A DNA stretch of 64,000 bases from a virus: positions 36,811 through 100,810 of the IMG/VR virus record IMGVR_UViG_3300021088_000005; one strand, given 5' to 3'. How positions within the stretch are numbered: the first letter of the stretch is position 1; each line of letters begins with the position of its first letter. The notes under the pieces are model-generated. The model saw only the letters and a program-made list of their open reading frames with translations, did not search any database and was not told the origin of the DNA. The position numbers and the translations under genes are program-made. Positions 29,411 through 39,171 of the stretch are shown here, piece by piece.

Positions 29411-29947
29411 TTATAGGTACCAAACCGAACCAGTCCATGTAATTTGGGTTGTCGTACCGTTAAGCGGAGTTGCCACGTTTATGGCAATACCTGTCGTGAA
29501 GTTCAACAACGCTATTTGCGATGGGCTCAGAATCACAGTTCCTGATGCTGCTATAGGAACGGCTAAAACTGCACCGCTTGTTGCCGTGGTCGCTGTATTA
29601 AAGAACTCAATAAATCCTGCCGTGGCTGTAGCGCTTACGATAGCAAACCCATATAAATTTCCAGCCGATGCTTTTATATTAACCGCAGTGGCTTGCGCGG
29701 AAAGCAATTTGCAGGACAGTGCTCCGCCTGCTCCGCTTGTAGGTACTGCAATATGGGCTAGATTATTAGTAGGCAATGTTCCGACCGCAGCGTCGAGAGA
29801 CGCCCCTGCATTTCCCAATATATCCACTTTACCGATTGTATTGGCCCCCGCTGGGATCGCGTTAACAGAAATAGTGCCGGAAACAGGTTGGGTTGCTGGA
29901 GATGCTCCAGGAGTAACCATGACATTTCCATTTGCGTCAAGATTCAT
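29411..29947 (-). CDS. Small beta-rich virion decoration-like protein
   Basis: AIPAGANTIGKVDI repeat and IKASAGNLYG domain; likely start MNLDANG. Confidence 0.55.
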   Translation of the reverse strand: MNLDANGNVMVTPGASPATQPVSGTISVNAIPAGANTIGKVDILGNAGASLDAAVGTLPTNNLAHIAVPTSGAGGALSCKLLSAQATAVNIKASAGNLYGFAIVSATATAGFIEFFNTATTATSGAVLAVPIAASGTVILSPSQIALLNFTTGIAINVATPLNGTTTQITWTGSVWYL

Positions 29948-29949
29948 GA

Positions 29950-32058
29950 TTATTCCTCTGTGCCCATAGCTATAATACGGCACACACCTGTCGCTAACGC
30001 TGAAGACAAGTTAACATTCAATACGTTATTAGCCGCAGCAGACAAAATTCCAAACTGGCCCAAGTCCAACTGAATTTCTGCTCCGTCACCTATTGTTGTG
30101 GTAACCGCAGTGGTTGGAACGAAAACACTGAAAGTTATGTTTGTAGTCGTGCTTGAATCTTGAATATCAACTGTTAAAACTCCGCCCGAAGCCAACGAAG
30201 CGTTATCGGTGACCTGAATAAACAATTTTAGTAATCTAAATTTATTTCCAGAACCTGGAGTCCAGATTGCTGTATTACCCGATGCGGTAGCCGAGACAGT
30301 TCTAAATACTGTCGGGGTACGCATCTTGCTCCAACCCTGTAAAGCAGCATTGGCTGCGCCGCTAAAAGCTCCTCCATATATAGAGTTTGCCGTATATAAA
30401 GGATTAGATGTTGAACCCGACGATTGAAAGAAATTCACTTGGGCCAAATCGTCTGCAACTGAGGCCCCGTTAACAGTACCTCTGACGTTAACTGGCGCGG
30501 TGGTGTTATTCACATTTACTTGTGAAAGAGCGGGAGACTGCGCTACTGCCTGTATTCCAACATTTACAGTCGCAGTACCAGACAGCGCCAAGGATAAGCG
30601 AACCCGAAAAGCTGCCCATCCAGCCACACTAAACTGAAAAGACGCATTAGTGTTTGCTACGAATGTATAAGTACTAGCGACTCCTGTTGCTGATGCTAAA
30701 GAAAATTGAGAAAGTCCAGATATAGAATACCAATTTGTTCCTGCAACTGTATCTGAAACTTCAAATGCAACCGTACCGCCAGTAATCGTTGATCCTTGGT
30801 TAAGAGTTAGTAATACGGTCCCGTATCCTATACAAGTTTGTTGCAATACCGTATTTAATGCCGTAGCACTTGTCCACGCGGCTGTGACTTGAGGAATATT
30901 AGAACCCATAGTTCGTAGACCGCCGTTAAGGTCTACCGATTCTAAAACCTGATTACCTTCTGTCCACAATGGTCCTGATGCATTAGCGATGGCACCCAAT
31001 GCACCCACATTCGTATTTGCTGAGGGGGCCGCGCTATTGTTAGTCTTAGTTCCGACTAATGTTGCGTTCAAGTTTGCTGCTGTTGCTTGAGCAACTGTAA
31101 AAGGACCAGCAGTGTTGGTGATATTCGCGTTAAGCGAAGTACCTGTAGCAGTGATGCCAGTTACGCCCGCAAATAGCGAAGCATTAACACCTGGAACAGC
31201 AGCCGCAGCAGGAGCGGAACCAAAGTTTGTTACTGCTGTTGCGCCGAGTGATGTTCCAGCCACTTGAGTTAAGTTATTAACCCATGGAGAAGTGCTCTGA
31301 GTTACCGCAACAGTCCCAGTAATTGTTGTGGAAGTTAAACTTACTGGTTGAGTTACACCACTTCCATCAACTCGCAATGCTCCCGCAGTCGTAAGTGACA
31401 ACGAATCACTTTTACCTGTCGTATATGTTGGGGCAGCCGTTGTTACCGCGCCGAATGCTGTTAAGCCTTTAACACCAGAAGTTGTGGCTTCTTGGGCAAT
31501 CAATGCCGCGTCAAGAGTCGCCTCTTGTACCGCAAATGTCCCTGTTCCTACTACAGTTGCATTCAGGTTTGCAGCAGTTGCCTGACGAATAAATACGTTT
31601 CCGTCTGCACCTTTTACATCAACAAATCCAGCAGTAGTAAACGCTGTGCCTAGAGTTCCTAGTAGATTTACATCGGCTGCAAACTTGCTAGTAAACGTAG
31701 TACTATTAGTCGTTATGTGCTGAAGATTTCCGCTACCATCAACTACACCGATTTCAGTGGCTGAAGTTGGAGCCGCTGCGCCGATAGTTCCGACAGATGC
31801 GTTTGACCCGCCGCCAGACACAACAGCAACATTCAAAGCGCCGGAGCCGTTAGAAAGTAATGAAGCGCCTGTAGTGTCCTCAATCTTAACTGTGCCGCTT
31901 GATCCGCCGCCTACTGCAACATTAACTAGAAGATTTCCGTTAGCATCTTGTTGAAGTGATAGAGACTGACCGTCTACTGGCGCAGGAGCTACAACATTAT
32001 AAGTTCCGCCTACTACTGACGCTGTAGGAATTTTCGCGCTATCTAACGGTCCTGACAT
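29950..32058 (-). CDS. Fibre/decoration-like structural protein (702 aa)
   Basis: A/T/G/S-rich with fibre-type repeats (VDGSGVTQPVS, QATAANLNAT x2). Confidence 0.6.
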   Translation of the reverse strand: MSGPLDSAKIPTASVVGGTYNVVAPAPVDGQSLSLQQDANGNLLVNVAVGGGSSGTVKIEDTTGASLLSNGSGALNVAVVSGGGSNASVGTIGAAAPTSATEIGVVDGSGNLQHITTNSTTFTSKFAADVNLLGTLGTAFTTAGFVDVKGADGNVFIRQATAANLNATVVGTGTFAVQEATLDAALIAQEATTSGVKGLTAFGAVTTAAPTYTTGKSDSLSLTTAGALRVDGSGVTQPVSLTSTTITGTVAVTQSTSPWVNNLTQVAGTSLGATAVTNFGSAPAAAAVPGVNASLFAGVTGITATGTSLNANITNTAGPFTVAQATAANLNATLVGTKTNNSAAPSANTNVGALGAIANASGPLWTEGNQVLESVDLNGGLRTMGSNIPQVTAAWTSATALNTVLQQTCIGYGTVLLTLNQGSTITGGTVAFEVSDTVAGTNWYSISGLSQFSLASATGVASTYTFVANTNASFQFSVAGWAAFRVRLSLALSGTATVNVGIQAVAQSPALSQVNVNNTTAPVNVRGTVNGASVADDLAQVNFFQSSGSTSNPLYTANSIYGGAFSGAANAALQGWSKMRTPTVFRTVSATASGNTAIWTPGSGNKFRLLKLFIQVTDNASLASGGVLTVDIQDSSTTTNITFSVFVPTTAVTTTIGDGAEIQLDLGQFGILSAAANNVLNVNLSSALATGVCRIIAMGTEE

Positions 32059-32077
32059 CCGACCTCTCTAATTCCAT

Positions 32078-32266
32078 TTAGTGCTTGAACTTGCCCATTG
32101 TCTTAGCAAAGTTCTTCATGTGCTTCATGTGCTCGCTATCGTTCTCGTGAACGGCTAGCTTTTCCTGTGGAATTGTCTCGCCCTCCGGTACTCCAAGAGC
32201 CTTATGAAGGCCTCCTTTTCGGAGATGATGCATAGCACGGTACAAACTTACATTATGCTTCGCCAT
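32078..32266 (-). CDS. Hypothetical protein
   Basis: KGGLHKALGVPEGETIP motif. Confidence 0.6.
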   Translation of the reverse strand: MAKHNVSLYRAMHHLRKGGLHKALGVPEGETIPQEKLAVHENDSEHMKHMKNFAKTMGKFKH

Positions 32267-32267
32267 T

Positions 32268-32519
32268 TTATGCCCCCATTGCAGGAAGTGGTGCTGGCGG
32301 TGCTGACGCTCCCGCTGGTGCTGCTTGCGGTTCCGCTTCTGCCTCTCCTGGGTTCGGAGCAGAAGTGTGGTCCATCATGCCGTCGAGCATGGTATCATGA
32401 TCCGCTGATGCATACTTCTTGTGCGACTTGCCATCTTCATGATGGTGAGTCGTTGTGTGACTGCCGTCATCATGGTGCTCTATCGTTGTATGTGTGAACT
32501 TGTGGTGCTTCTTAGCCAT
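32268..32519 (-). CDS. His-rich small protein
   Basis: MAKKHHKFTHTTIEHHDDGSHTTTHHHED; SD GAGG. Confidence 0.6.
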   Translation of the reverse strand: MAKKHHKFTHTTIEHHDDGSHTTTHHHEDGKSHKKYASADHDTMLDGMMDHTSAPNPGEAEAEPQAAPAGASAPPAPLPAMGA

Positions 32520-32832
32520 TTTCGTTTTCCTCAGGTGGATCGACAAACTCACAGCATCCACGCTCGATGTTTTCAATGCATAATCCTATATAATCGTGCT
32601 TAACTTCCGGGTCGCTTATGACAACAGGTTGATTACAGCGGCCTTTGCCGTTAGCGTCCTTAAACTTGGTTCCGTCCGGGTTCTTCTTCAAGAATGTGCA
32701 GTCTTCACAATGATACGGTCCGCTCTCTGCGTATCCGGAAAGCTTTGTGCTATTAGGCCACATCGGTCCTACTTCGCGTAGGAGCCTCTTAAGCGCCGCT
32801 ATCTTCTTTAGCCAACTCTTGGTCTCCGCCAT
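32512..32832 (-). CDS. Cys-rich small protein (possible metal or Fe-S binding)
   Basis: CEDCTF...GRC...GCCEF. Confidence 0.55.
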   Translation of the reverse strand: MAETKSWLKKIAALKRLLREVGPMWPNSTKLSGYAESGPYHCEDCTFLKKNPDGTKFKDANGKGRCNQPVVISDPEVKHDYIGLCIENIERGCCEFVDPPEENENG

Positions 32833-33001
32833 TTACTTATCCTTACGCATAGCCCGAGCCATGTGATATGAAATCTTGTCCCATCCTGCTGGAGGCTTGG
32901 GCGGCATTGGTTTGTCAGGCGCAGGGGTGTGATCTACGGTCTTGACAATATCGGTGCTCTCACCCGGCTTGACATTTAGTCCTGCAAAATCATTTGGCAT
33001 A

Positions 33002-33217
33002 TTACTTCCTGGCGTCTCGGGCTAACCCGTAGTCGCTCGTAACCTGTTCTGACTTCTGGCGATTTTCCATGCGTGCGGTTTCGTTAGCTGTGCCTTCGTA
33101 ATCCTTGTCCACATTGGCTGAGCCAGCAATATACGACTTGGCTTCTTCATGACCTAGACCAGCCGCCTGCTTGCCCCGCTCTAAAGTCAGCGCTGCCTTA
33201 TCTTGTTCAGTTGCCAT
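33002..33217 (-). CDS. Hypothetical protein
   Basis: Translationally coupled ORF. Confidence 0.55.
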   Translation of the reverse strand: MATEQDKAALTLERGKQAAGLGHEEAKSYIAGSANVDKDYEGTANETARMENRQKSEQVTSDYGLARDARK

Positions 33218-33402
33218 TAGGATTCCTTTCTAGCTTTTCTGGCGTGAGCGTATGTCGGAAGACCTTTGCGCGGAGTTGACGCGAAATCATGCAACTGCTT
33301 ATGCGACATCTCAAGCAAACCCTTATTCTCTGCGTGCAGTTTCTCCGGTTCGTGCTCGGCTATTGCCATGGCAATTTGCTGCTTCTTACTGACTGCTGGC
33401 AT
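33217..33402 (-). CDS. Hypothetical protein
   Basis: MPAVSKKQQIAMAIA...LHDFAST...GLP. Confidence 0.65.
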   Translation of the reverse strand: MPAVSKKQQIAMAIAEHEPEKLHAENKGLLEMSHKQLHDFASTPRKGLPTYAHARKARKES

Positions 33403-33411
33403 AACTACCCC

Positions 33412-33654
33412 TCAAAACTTCCAATGCAACCATTGGCCCAAATCGTGATGAACAAACGCACCCGCAGTCACGACAAGAGAGTGAATCCACTGGCGTGTTT
33501 CGGTCTTGTCCTGCTCTTCTTCTACAGCGCTTACGCGAGCCTCCATACTACCCTTGAAGCCAGAAAACTCTTGATGTAAATCACCAATTGCTTTCAGCAT
33601 CTCTGCTCGTGCATCGCTAATCGACTGCATTACTGCCTGGGTGTCCCCGTTCAT
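33412..33654 (-). CDS. Coiled-coil protein with hydrophobic C-terminus (lysis-associated?)
   Basis: RVSAVEE coiled coil, then a hydrophobic tail. Confidence 0.4.
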   Translation of the reverse strand: MNGDTQAVMQSISDARAEMLKAIGDLHQEFSGFKGSMEARVSAVEEEQDKTETRQWIHSLVVTAGAFVHHDLGQWLHWKF

Positions 33655-33770
33655 ATGAGCCTTATCAAAATGTGTCGGAGGCTTTCACTTCGACTGCTGT
33701 GGCTTTCACACGGTTTTCTGGAGGAGGGCTGGAATCTAATGTGTCCAGCCCGTCACAATCCAGGAAATGC

Positions 33771-34415
33771 TTATTCTTGAACGATCTTGAACTCAGTCAA
33801 GCTCGCGGTGTTGGCTGCGTTCGATGTGCTGAAGGTAATACCTACAACAAAGCCGAACTCAGTTGCGTACAATCCTCCGCCCACCAAACCAGTTACCGGA
33901 GTTATAGCTACCGGAACCTGGGATGAACTTGATCCGCCACCTGCACCCTGAGCATAAGTCCATTCCTGGAATCCACTCAATGTTCCAGAAGTCGGATCAA
34001 AGTATAGATCGCCAGACATAGACCAACCCAATGGTACAGTGGTTACAACTGCACTCGATGCTGTACCGCCCAAGAAGGTGGCATAGCTCGGAGAGGCAAT
34101 TGTTCCGGTGTTGATCTGAACAGTTGCTGTAATAGTTGGCGTGCCTGTTGCAGTCGCTGATCCGGATGCGTACATGTAGAAACGACCACCCTGCAACTTA
34201 AATGCAACTGAGTCAAAAGACAACTGACCCAATGCGCTTGTTGACGACGGGGTTGCTCCTAGCTGTGCGCTAGAAATCGGAGTGTTAACTCCGCTTACGC
34301 CTGTGTTCCAAAGGCTCTGCGGTGGGTTGCTATTGAAATACTTAATGGTTGTGCCCGTTCCGCCTACGACGCTCGGAAACGCTGCGCTTACCAAATACTG
34401 TTCTACTGTTGCCAT
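33771..34415 (-). CDS. Beta-rich structural protein (214 aa)
   Basis: T/S/G-rich; SD GGGAG. Confidence 0.6.
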   Translation of the reverse strand: MATVEQYLVSAAFPSVVGGTGTTIKYFNSNPPQSLWNTGVSGVNTPISSAQLGATPSSTSALGQLSFDSVAFKLQGGRFYMYASGSATATGTPTITATVQINTGTIASPSYATFLGGTASSAVVTTVPLGWSMSGDLYFDPTSGTLSGFQEWTYAQGAGGGSSSSQVPVAITPVTGLVGGGLYATEFGFVVGITFSTSNAANTASLTEFKIVQE

Positions 34416-34507
34416 GTGTTTCTCCCTTTATGTACGGTCTGCCGATGCTACCTTTATTGGTACTTACACCAAGCATCCGCTTTAATAGGACTGCGTTAAG
34501 CGCAACC

Positions 34508-35347
34508 CTAAACTCTTTCTAAGCTAGTCCCGCATTCGTTACAGAACTTAGCTGATGATTTGCTTGTCTTACCGCAAGTCTCGCACTCAAGCACAGTCTT
34601 GACGGTCTTGGCGACCTTGACAGGTGCTCCGTTGGTCTTGCCGATAAGATGAAGAACTAGCGCTTCCGCTGGTTCTGTGTCGAATCCTGAAACTTCTGTG
34701 AATTTCTGATTGCTGATCGAGCCTGGGACTGTGATTCCGGCGTTGTTCACAGCACAGTCCAACTGAACATTGGACTGCTGCGAGTACTTATACATGTCCG
34801 TCGTGCTGTTGCTATAAGAACAGTTGACAGCACCGCTAGCGCTGGTGTTCGTAACCGGAGCACTAAGACCGCGTGTTATTACTGTACCACTGAGCGAATT
34901 GCTCGTACAATAGCGCGTACGGGGATAGTAATGAGGCCAACCGTAGCAACCACCAGGATAATAATGATAGTAATCGTGATGGACAACCACCTTTGGACTT
35001 TCATATATCTTCTCGCGTTTGAACTCAACACGAATGAGTCCGTCTTCCGCCTTAACCCCGCGATGTTCCTCGACCGCTTCAGTGCGCTCGATAAACTTGA
35101 ATCTATTTCCCTTGTCCAGGTTCTTTACGAATCTTTCTACTTCGATGCTTTGACCAGCCGGAATAATCAGCCAGCCTGTTGCAGCTTGCCCGTCGATGGA
35201 AATTTGCGCCTGCATGCGAACTGTGTCTAGGTTCTTCAACAGAACCGAGTACTCAGAGCCGAACGGTAGTTCTACTTGGTTCTTAGACTCACGTAGGACT
35301 TTACCTTCGACCATAATCGCAGCTACAAAATTACTCTTATGCACCAT
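34508..35347 (-). CDS. Hypothetical protein with C-terminal zinc ribbon
   Basis: LPFGSEYSVLLKN N-domain; CETCG...FCNECG. Confidence 0.75.
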   Translation of the reverse strand: MVHKSNFVAAIMVEGKVLRESKNQVELPFGSEYSVLLKNLDTVRMQAQISIDGQAATGWLIIPAGQSIEVERFVKNLDKGNRFKFIERTEAVEEHRGVKAEDGLIRVEFKREKIYESPKVVVHHDYYHYYPGGCYGWPHYYPRTRYCTSNSLSGTVITRGLSAPVTNTSASGAVNCSYSNSTTDMYKYSQQSNVQLDCAVNNAGITVPGSISNQKFTEVSGFDTEPAEALVLHLIGKTNGAPVKVAKTVKTVLECETCGKTSKSSAKFCNECGTSLERV

Positions 35348-35429
35348 AGTTCACCTTTAACGGTTGACTGACTAGCAACCCGATTCTTAAAGTCAGTTGA
35401 TTTTCCTGTGATGGATCACAGAGAATACT

Positions 35430-35699
35430 TTAGAGATAGCCTTCAGCATCTCCCGCTGATTCGTTTCCAGCATTGCCGACCATGGACGGCTTCTTCTTAG
35501 CCATTCCGCCTAGAGCCTCATCCTTGTGGGATGTTGTTCCCGGCATGCTGTGAGCCATTGGCGGCTTCTTCTTTGACATCCCGCCTAGCGCTTCATCCTT
35601 GTGAGATGTTGTACCTGGCATAGAGTTGCCCATTGCTGGTTTCTTCTTTTGCATACCACCAAGTGCTTCGTGGTTAGAGCTATCTTTCATTGACGGCAT
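35430..35699 (-). CDS. Tandem-repeat peptide
   Basis: Three copies of EALGGMxKKKPxM; near-perfect 25-aa repeat. Confidence 0.65.
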   Translation of the reverse strand: MPSMKDSSNHEALGGMQKKKPAMGNSMPGTTSHKDEALGGMSKKKPPMAHSMPGTTSHKDEALGGMAKKKPSMVGNAGNESAGDAEGYL

Positions 35700-35710
35700 A
35701 AAATCTCCTA

Positions 35711-36091
35711 TTACTTGTAGTTCACAGTAACTGATACGTTCGATGCGGGTGATGAGCTACCAGCGGTTCCGCCAGCGGTGACGCAAATAGCTGACAACGC
35801 GGTGCCGAATGTGACTCCCGGTGCTGCTGCCGTGAAATATGTCTTGGTCACGACTGAGCTTCCAGGAATGTACAAAATTTCGTCCGGTGCGGTCGTGCCT
35901 ACAACAACTGAGCCGCTTGCCAAGTTATATAACTTGACATAGACTGCGCTACCGTTAAGGCTGTTGTCCACAGTTACGGAATATAGCAACGCGGAACTTG
36001 ACTTGATTCCGTCTGCGGTATTGCCCATCGCAGTATCGTTGAAGATGATTTCGTTTGTCGGTGATGATACGTTAATCTGGCTGATGCCCAT
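35711..36091 (-). CDS. Small beta-sandwich virion-like protein
   Basis: IKSSSALLY...VYVKLYN...GTTAPD; resembles the 29411-29947 domain. Confidence 0.55.
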   Translation of the reverse strand: MGISQINVSSPTNEIIFNDTAMGNTADGIKSSSALLYSVTVDNSLNGSAVYVKLYNLASGSVVVGTTAPDEILYIPGSSVVTKTYFTAAAPGVTFGTALSAICVTAGGTAGSSSPASNVSVTVNYK

Positions 36092-36112
36092 AATTTACTC
36101 CGTCTTATACTG

Positions 36113-36445
36113 TTAGTTCTGAACGTACCAAACAGTTCCACTAATCTGCACAGCGCCAGATTGGTTCAACACAAAGTTGTTTCCCGCTACCGCTGATTGA
36201 TACCAGTCCACTGTTGGATCGGGCGGCAATACCAGTGGAACTCCGGCTGCTAGCGGCATAGCGCCACTTAGCGCGGTCCCGCCAGTACCGTCCTTGACTG
36301 TTATATTTGTGGTACCTGTTGAAACTAATACCATAGAGACAATCGTGATAACCTTTCCTGCTACACCTGCGATAACCGTGTTATCTCCAGTAGTAGTGAA
36401 AGAGATTGCCGCTTGGTGAATTTGTTCACGAAGTGCGATTCCCAT
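36113..36445 (-). CDS. Small beta-sandwich virion-like protein
   Basis: GDNTVIAGVAGK motif; resembles the C-terminus of 29950-32058. Confidence 0.55.
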   Translation of the reverse strand: MGIALREQIHQAAISFTTTGDNTVIAGVAGKVITIVSMVLVSTGTTNITVKDGTGGTALSGAMPLAAGVPLVLPPDPTVDWYQSAVAGNNFVLNQSGAVQISGTVWYVQN

Positions 36446-37111
36446 TTAGATAGTTCCTCGACGCTTCATATCTAGTATCAAAGCGATTACTTGTTCTTTT
36501 GAAAGTCCTGGACCTGGGATTCCCTGTTCGCCTTCTGGACCCTGAGGACCTATCGGTCCTTGTGACCCCGACTCACCTTGAGGACCCTGCGGTCCTGCTT
36601 CTCCGCGCAGTCCTTGCTCGCCCTGCGGACCTTGTATGCTCAATCCTGTAGGGCCTTGTAACCCTTGAGGACCCTGCGGTCCTGCTTCGCCTTGAGGTCC
36701 TTGAGCGCCAACTGGTCCTTGAGGTCCTGGAATATCGGAAACTCCTGGCTCTCCCTGCGGACCTTGTAATCCTTGTTCTCCCTGCGGACCTTGATCGCCA
36801 TCGCGACCGTCTTTTCCGTCTACTCCGTCGCGACCGTCGCGACCTGCTGGTCCTGTGTCACCTTTTGGCCCTGGCACTGTGCTGTCTGAGCCGGTCGCTC
36901 CGGTTTCGCCCTTCTCGCCGCGTTCACCGCGAAGACCTTGCGGTCCAGGAATGTTAGAAACCCCCGGCTCACCTTGTAGACCTCGTGGACCTTCAAGACC
37001 TCTTCGAGAGTCTCTGTGTCTGTGCAGGTCATTTACTGCTGTTTCAAGTCTTGAGATTCGTTCGTCTAAAGTTAAATCCACAGTATCATCTCCAAATCCA
37101 TCCGCAGACAC
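36446..37111 (-). CDS. Collagen triple-helix repeat protein
   Basis: About 50 Gly-X-Y triplets (GPQGEQGLQ...) after a short coiled coil. Confidence 0.9.
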   Translation of the reverse strand: MSADGFGDDTVDLTLDERISRLETAVNDLHRHRDSRRGLEGPRGLQGEPGVSNIPGPQGLRGERGEKGETGATGSDSTVPGPKGDTGPAGRDGRDGVDGKDGRDGDQGPQGEQGLQGPQGEPGVSDIPGPQGPVGAQGPQGEAGPQGPQGLQGPTGLSIQGPQGEQGLRGEAGPQGPQGESGSQGPIGPQGPEGEQGIPGPGLSKEQVIALILDMKRRGTI

Positions 37112-37190
37112 ACCTTACAATATCCAACGGGTTTTTCTTTTGTAGCAGACGTTTACACTGCGGGCAGTTTCGCGTCCACATCTAAACCTC

Positions 37191-38948
37191 TTATGAGCCA
37201 CTTGCGACTCCGTTGTGATCCAGAATATAAACTACATTGCCGCTGTTAGGAACGACTACGTGAACGATGTCTAGCAATGACGGGTTTGTGAATGCATCAG
37301 CGAACAACTGAGCAATTGTTGCCCCGCTGGTTAGGCGTGTGAAATACTGGCCTAGTCTGACCCCATTCGACGGAGTGAAGGACGCAGCAATGGTGGCGGT
37401 AGCAGCATGAGTTTCTGCTGTCTGCGTGGTCTCGGCTACAACTATGGTTGTGGCCGTGCTTGAGATTACAAGAACACTCGATACATTGTTGCCGCTGCTA
37501 GTGAAACCAGTAACTGTTATGAAACGACCAGCAAGACCGTTGGACGCACCGTTCGTTATGGTTCCGGTATATGTGGCCTTGTTGACTCCGGAGATACGAA
37601 CAGTTGCCGCATGCGTTTCAGCCGCTTGGCCCACTATGAAGGTACCAACCAAGGTTGTTGCTGTTGACGCCGTGATAACAAAGCTTACGTTGTTGCCGGA
37701 TGTTGTAAATCCGGCTACTGTCGCAGTAAAACCTACAAATGCGTTAGAAGCACCGCCTGTGATCGTTCCGGTGTAGGTGGTAAGTGATACCCCGGCTATC
37801 TCGGCAGTCGCAGCGTGAGTTTCGTCAACCTGAGTGTTCGGGGTAACCGTGATGGTTGTCGCAGTTGATGCAGTAATAGTGAATGTGCCGTTATTTCCAC
37901 CGTTCACGAAACCAGCGATTACAACCTGCTTACCAGCAAATGCGTTAGAAGCACCACCAGTAAATGTTCCGGTGTAGACACCTGTTGAACCGACAACAGA
38001 TGTGATTGTGAATGACGAAATAGCAACAGAGGTTAGCGCGAAGTCGTCTACCGCGACAGAAGTTAGCGGAGATGTAAACAAAGAACTGGTTGAGACATTG
38101 TGAACTGTTCCGATATTGTCAACCGAAACCAGGATGTCTCCGCCCTCTCCTACAATCTGAAGCAGGTCTAGGTTCTGTGGGCCAACACCGTTAGGGGTAA
38201 CTTGAGGATACGCAGATGGTACGCTTAAGCCGGGCTGAGACGCAATTAGCGCCTGAGCCACTCCGCCAGCAGTTGTTGGGGTGGCTGCGGAAGCAGGGGC
38301 TGTGATGTTTGTAGCTGTCGCGATAGTAACCGCGCCGCTAGACGTGACCAATCCTGCGAGAGCACGGCCCTTCAGGGTGCCGCCTCCCAATGTGATGCTA
38401 GTGTTGGCAAGAATATTACCAACCATGTTAGAAGTACCAGCAAAGATTGAAGTGAAGGAACTTCCTACTAGCCAAACCACGTTTGCAGCCTTAGCGCCAT
38501 TCACAAGCAATACAGACGCACCACTCTCTAAAGTAAGTGTAGAGCCTGCCTTAAAAATAAAAACAGCATTAGGGTTTCCCTGCGCATCTAGGGTAATAGA
38601 TGTCGGGATGTCCATTGATGATCCAGCGGAGTAATTGCCGGGTAGGTATGTGCTAGCCGTCCCGCCATTTCCTAGAGTAGATAGGTTGGCTGAAGACGCA
38701 GACAAAGATGTGAAGGAAAGTGCGGAGAAAGCGTTATAAGCAGTGAGGCCGTCTGCAATAGCTTGCGCGGCGTTTGGGGTATCAACTGCGGCAGGAGGAA
38801 TAAAGATCATCCCGTCCAAAGTATATGTCGCGGTTGGTGACGACCCGACATTGCCACCTGTGATGATGCTAGAGCCTGAGTTAGTAATACCAGCGCCTGC
38901 TAGAATGACATAATTAGCGGCGGTCAACAACTGAGACTGAATAGACAT
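37191..38948 (-). CDS. DUF3494 ice-binding domain protein with C-terminal repeats
   Basis: TAANYVILAGAGITNSG...ITLDAQGNPNAVFIFKAGSTL...NVVWLVGSS...GRALA, then three YTGTxTxGASN...GF...GNN...ETHAAT modules; SD AGGAG before ATG 38948. Confidence 0.85.
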   Translation of the reverse strand: MSIQSQLLTAANYVILAGAGITNSGSSIITGGNVGSSPTATYTLDGMIFIPPAAVDTPNAAQAIADGLTAYNAFSALSFTSLSASSANLSTLGNGGTASTYLPGNYSAGSSMDIPTSITLDAQGNPNAVFIFKAGSTLTLESGASVLLVNGAKAANVVWLVGSSFTSIFAGTSNMVGNILANTSITLGGGTLKGRALAGLVTSSGAVTIATATNITAPASAATPTTAGGVAQALIASQPGLSVPSAYPQVTPNGVGPQNLDLLQIVGEGGDILVSVDNIGTVHNVSTSSLFTSPLTSVAVDDFALTSVAISSFTITSVVGSTGVYTGTFTGGASNAFAGKQVVIAGFVNGGNNGTFTITASTATTITVTPNTQVDETHAATAEIAGVSLTTYTGTITGGASNAFVGFTATVAGFTTSGNNVSFVITASTATTLVGTFIVGQAAETHAATVRISGVNKATYTGTITNGASNGLAGRFITVTGFTSSGNNVSSVLVISSTATTIVVAETTQTAETHAATATIAASFTPSNGVRLGQYFTRLTSGATIAQLFADAFTNPSLLDIVHVVVPNSGNVVYILDHNGVASGS

Positions 38949-38964
38949 GATGCTCCTGAAATAC

Positions 38965-38993
38965 AAAAGCCGCCCAATCTAGGCGGCTTCTTT
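38965..38993 (-). terminator. Terminator ending the RNA array (possibly bidirectional)
   Basis: AAGCCGCC/GGCGGCTT stem with T tracts on both strands. Confidence 0.7.
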
Positions 38994-39006
38994 GATGCTT
39001 ATGTTT

Positions 39007-39085
39007 TGGTCGGGAAGGTGGGATTCGGACCCACGTGCTTTCGCTTCCGAAGCGAACGAGATAAGCCAAACTCCTCTACTTCCCG
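39007..39085 (-). tRNA. tRNA-Pro(CGG)
   Basis: TTCGC-TTCGGAA-GCGAA; CCA encoded; T-loop TCCGAAT. Confidence 0.85.
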
Positions 39086-39091
39086 TAAAAT

Positions 39092-39165
39092 TGGTCGGGG
39101 AACTGAGAATCGGACTCAGACCCTACGCTCCCAAAGCGTATGTGCTGCCATAACACTTCTCCCCG
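39092..39165 (-). tRNA. tRNA-Pro(TGG)
   Basis: TACGC-TTTGGGA-GCGTA; A8/U14; T-loop TCCGATT. Confidence 0.85.
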
Positions 39166-39171
39166 ATAAAA

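Noticed and set aside
36500-37000. CRISPR-like periodic repeats
   Set aside because: The periodicity comes from collagen Gly-X-Y codons; there are no unique spacers and no cas genes.
464-38634. Numerous plus-strand ORFs in the track over the structural region
   Set aside because: They are antisense shadows of long minus-strand genes and have no recognisable motifs.
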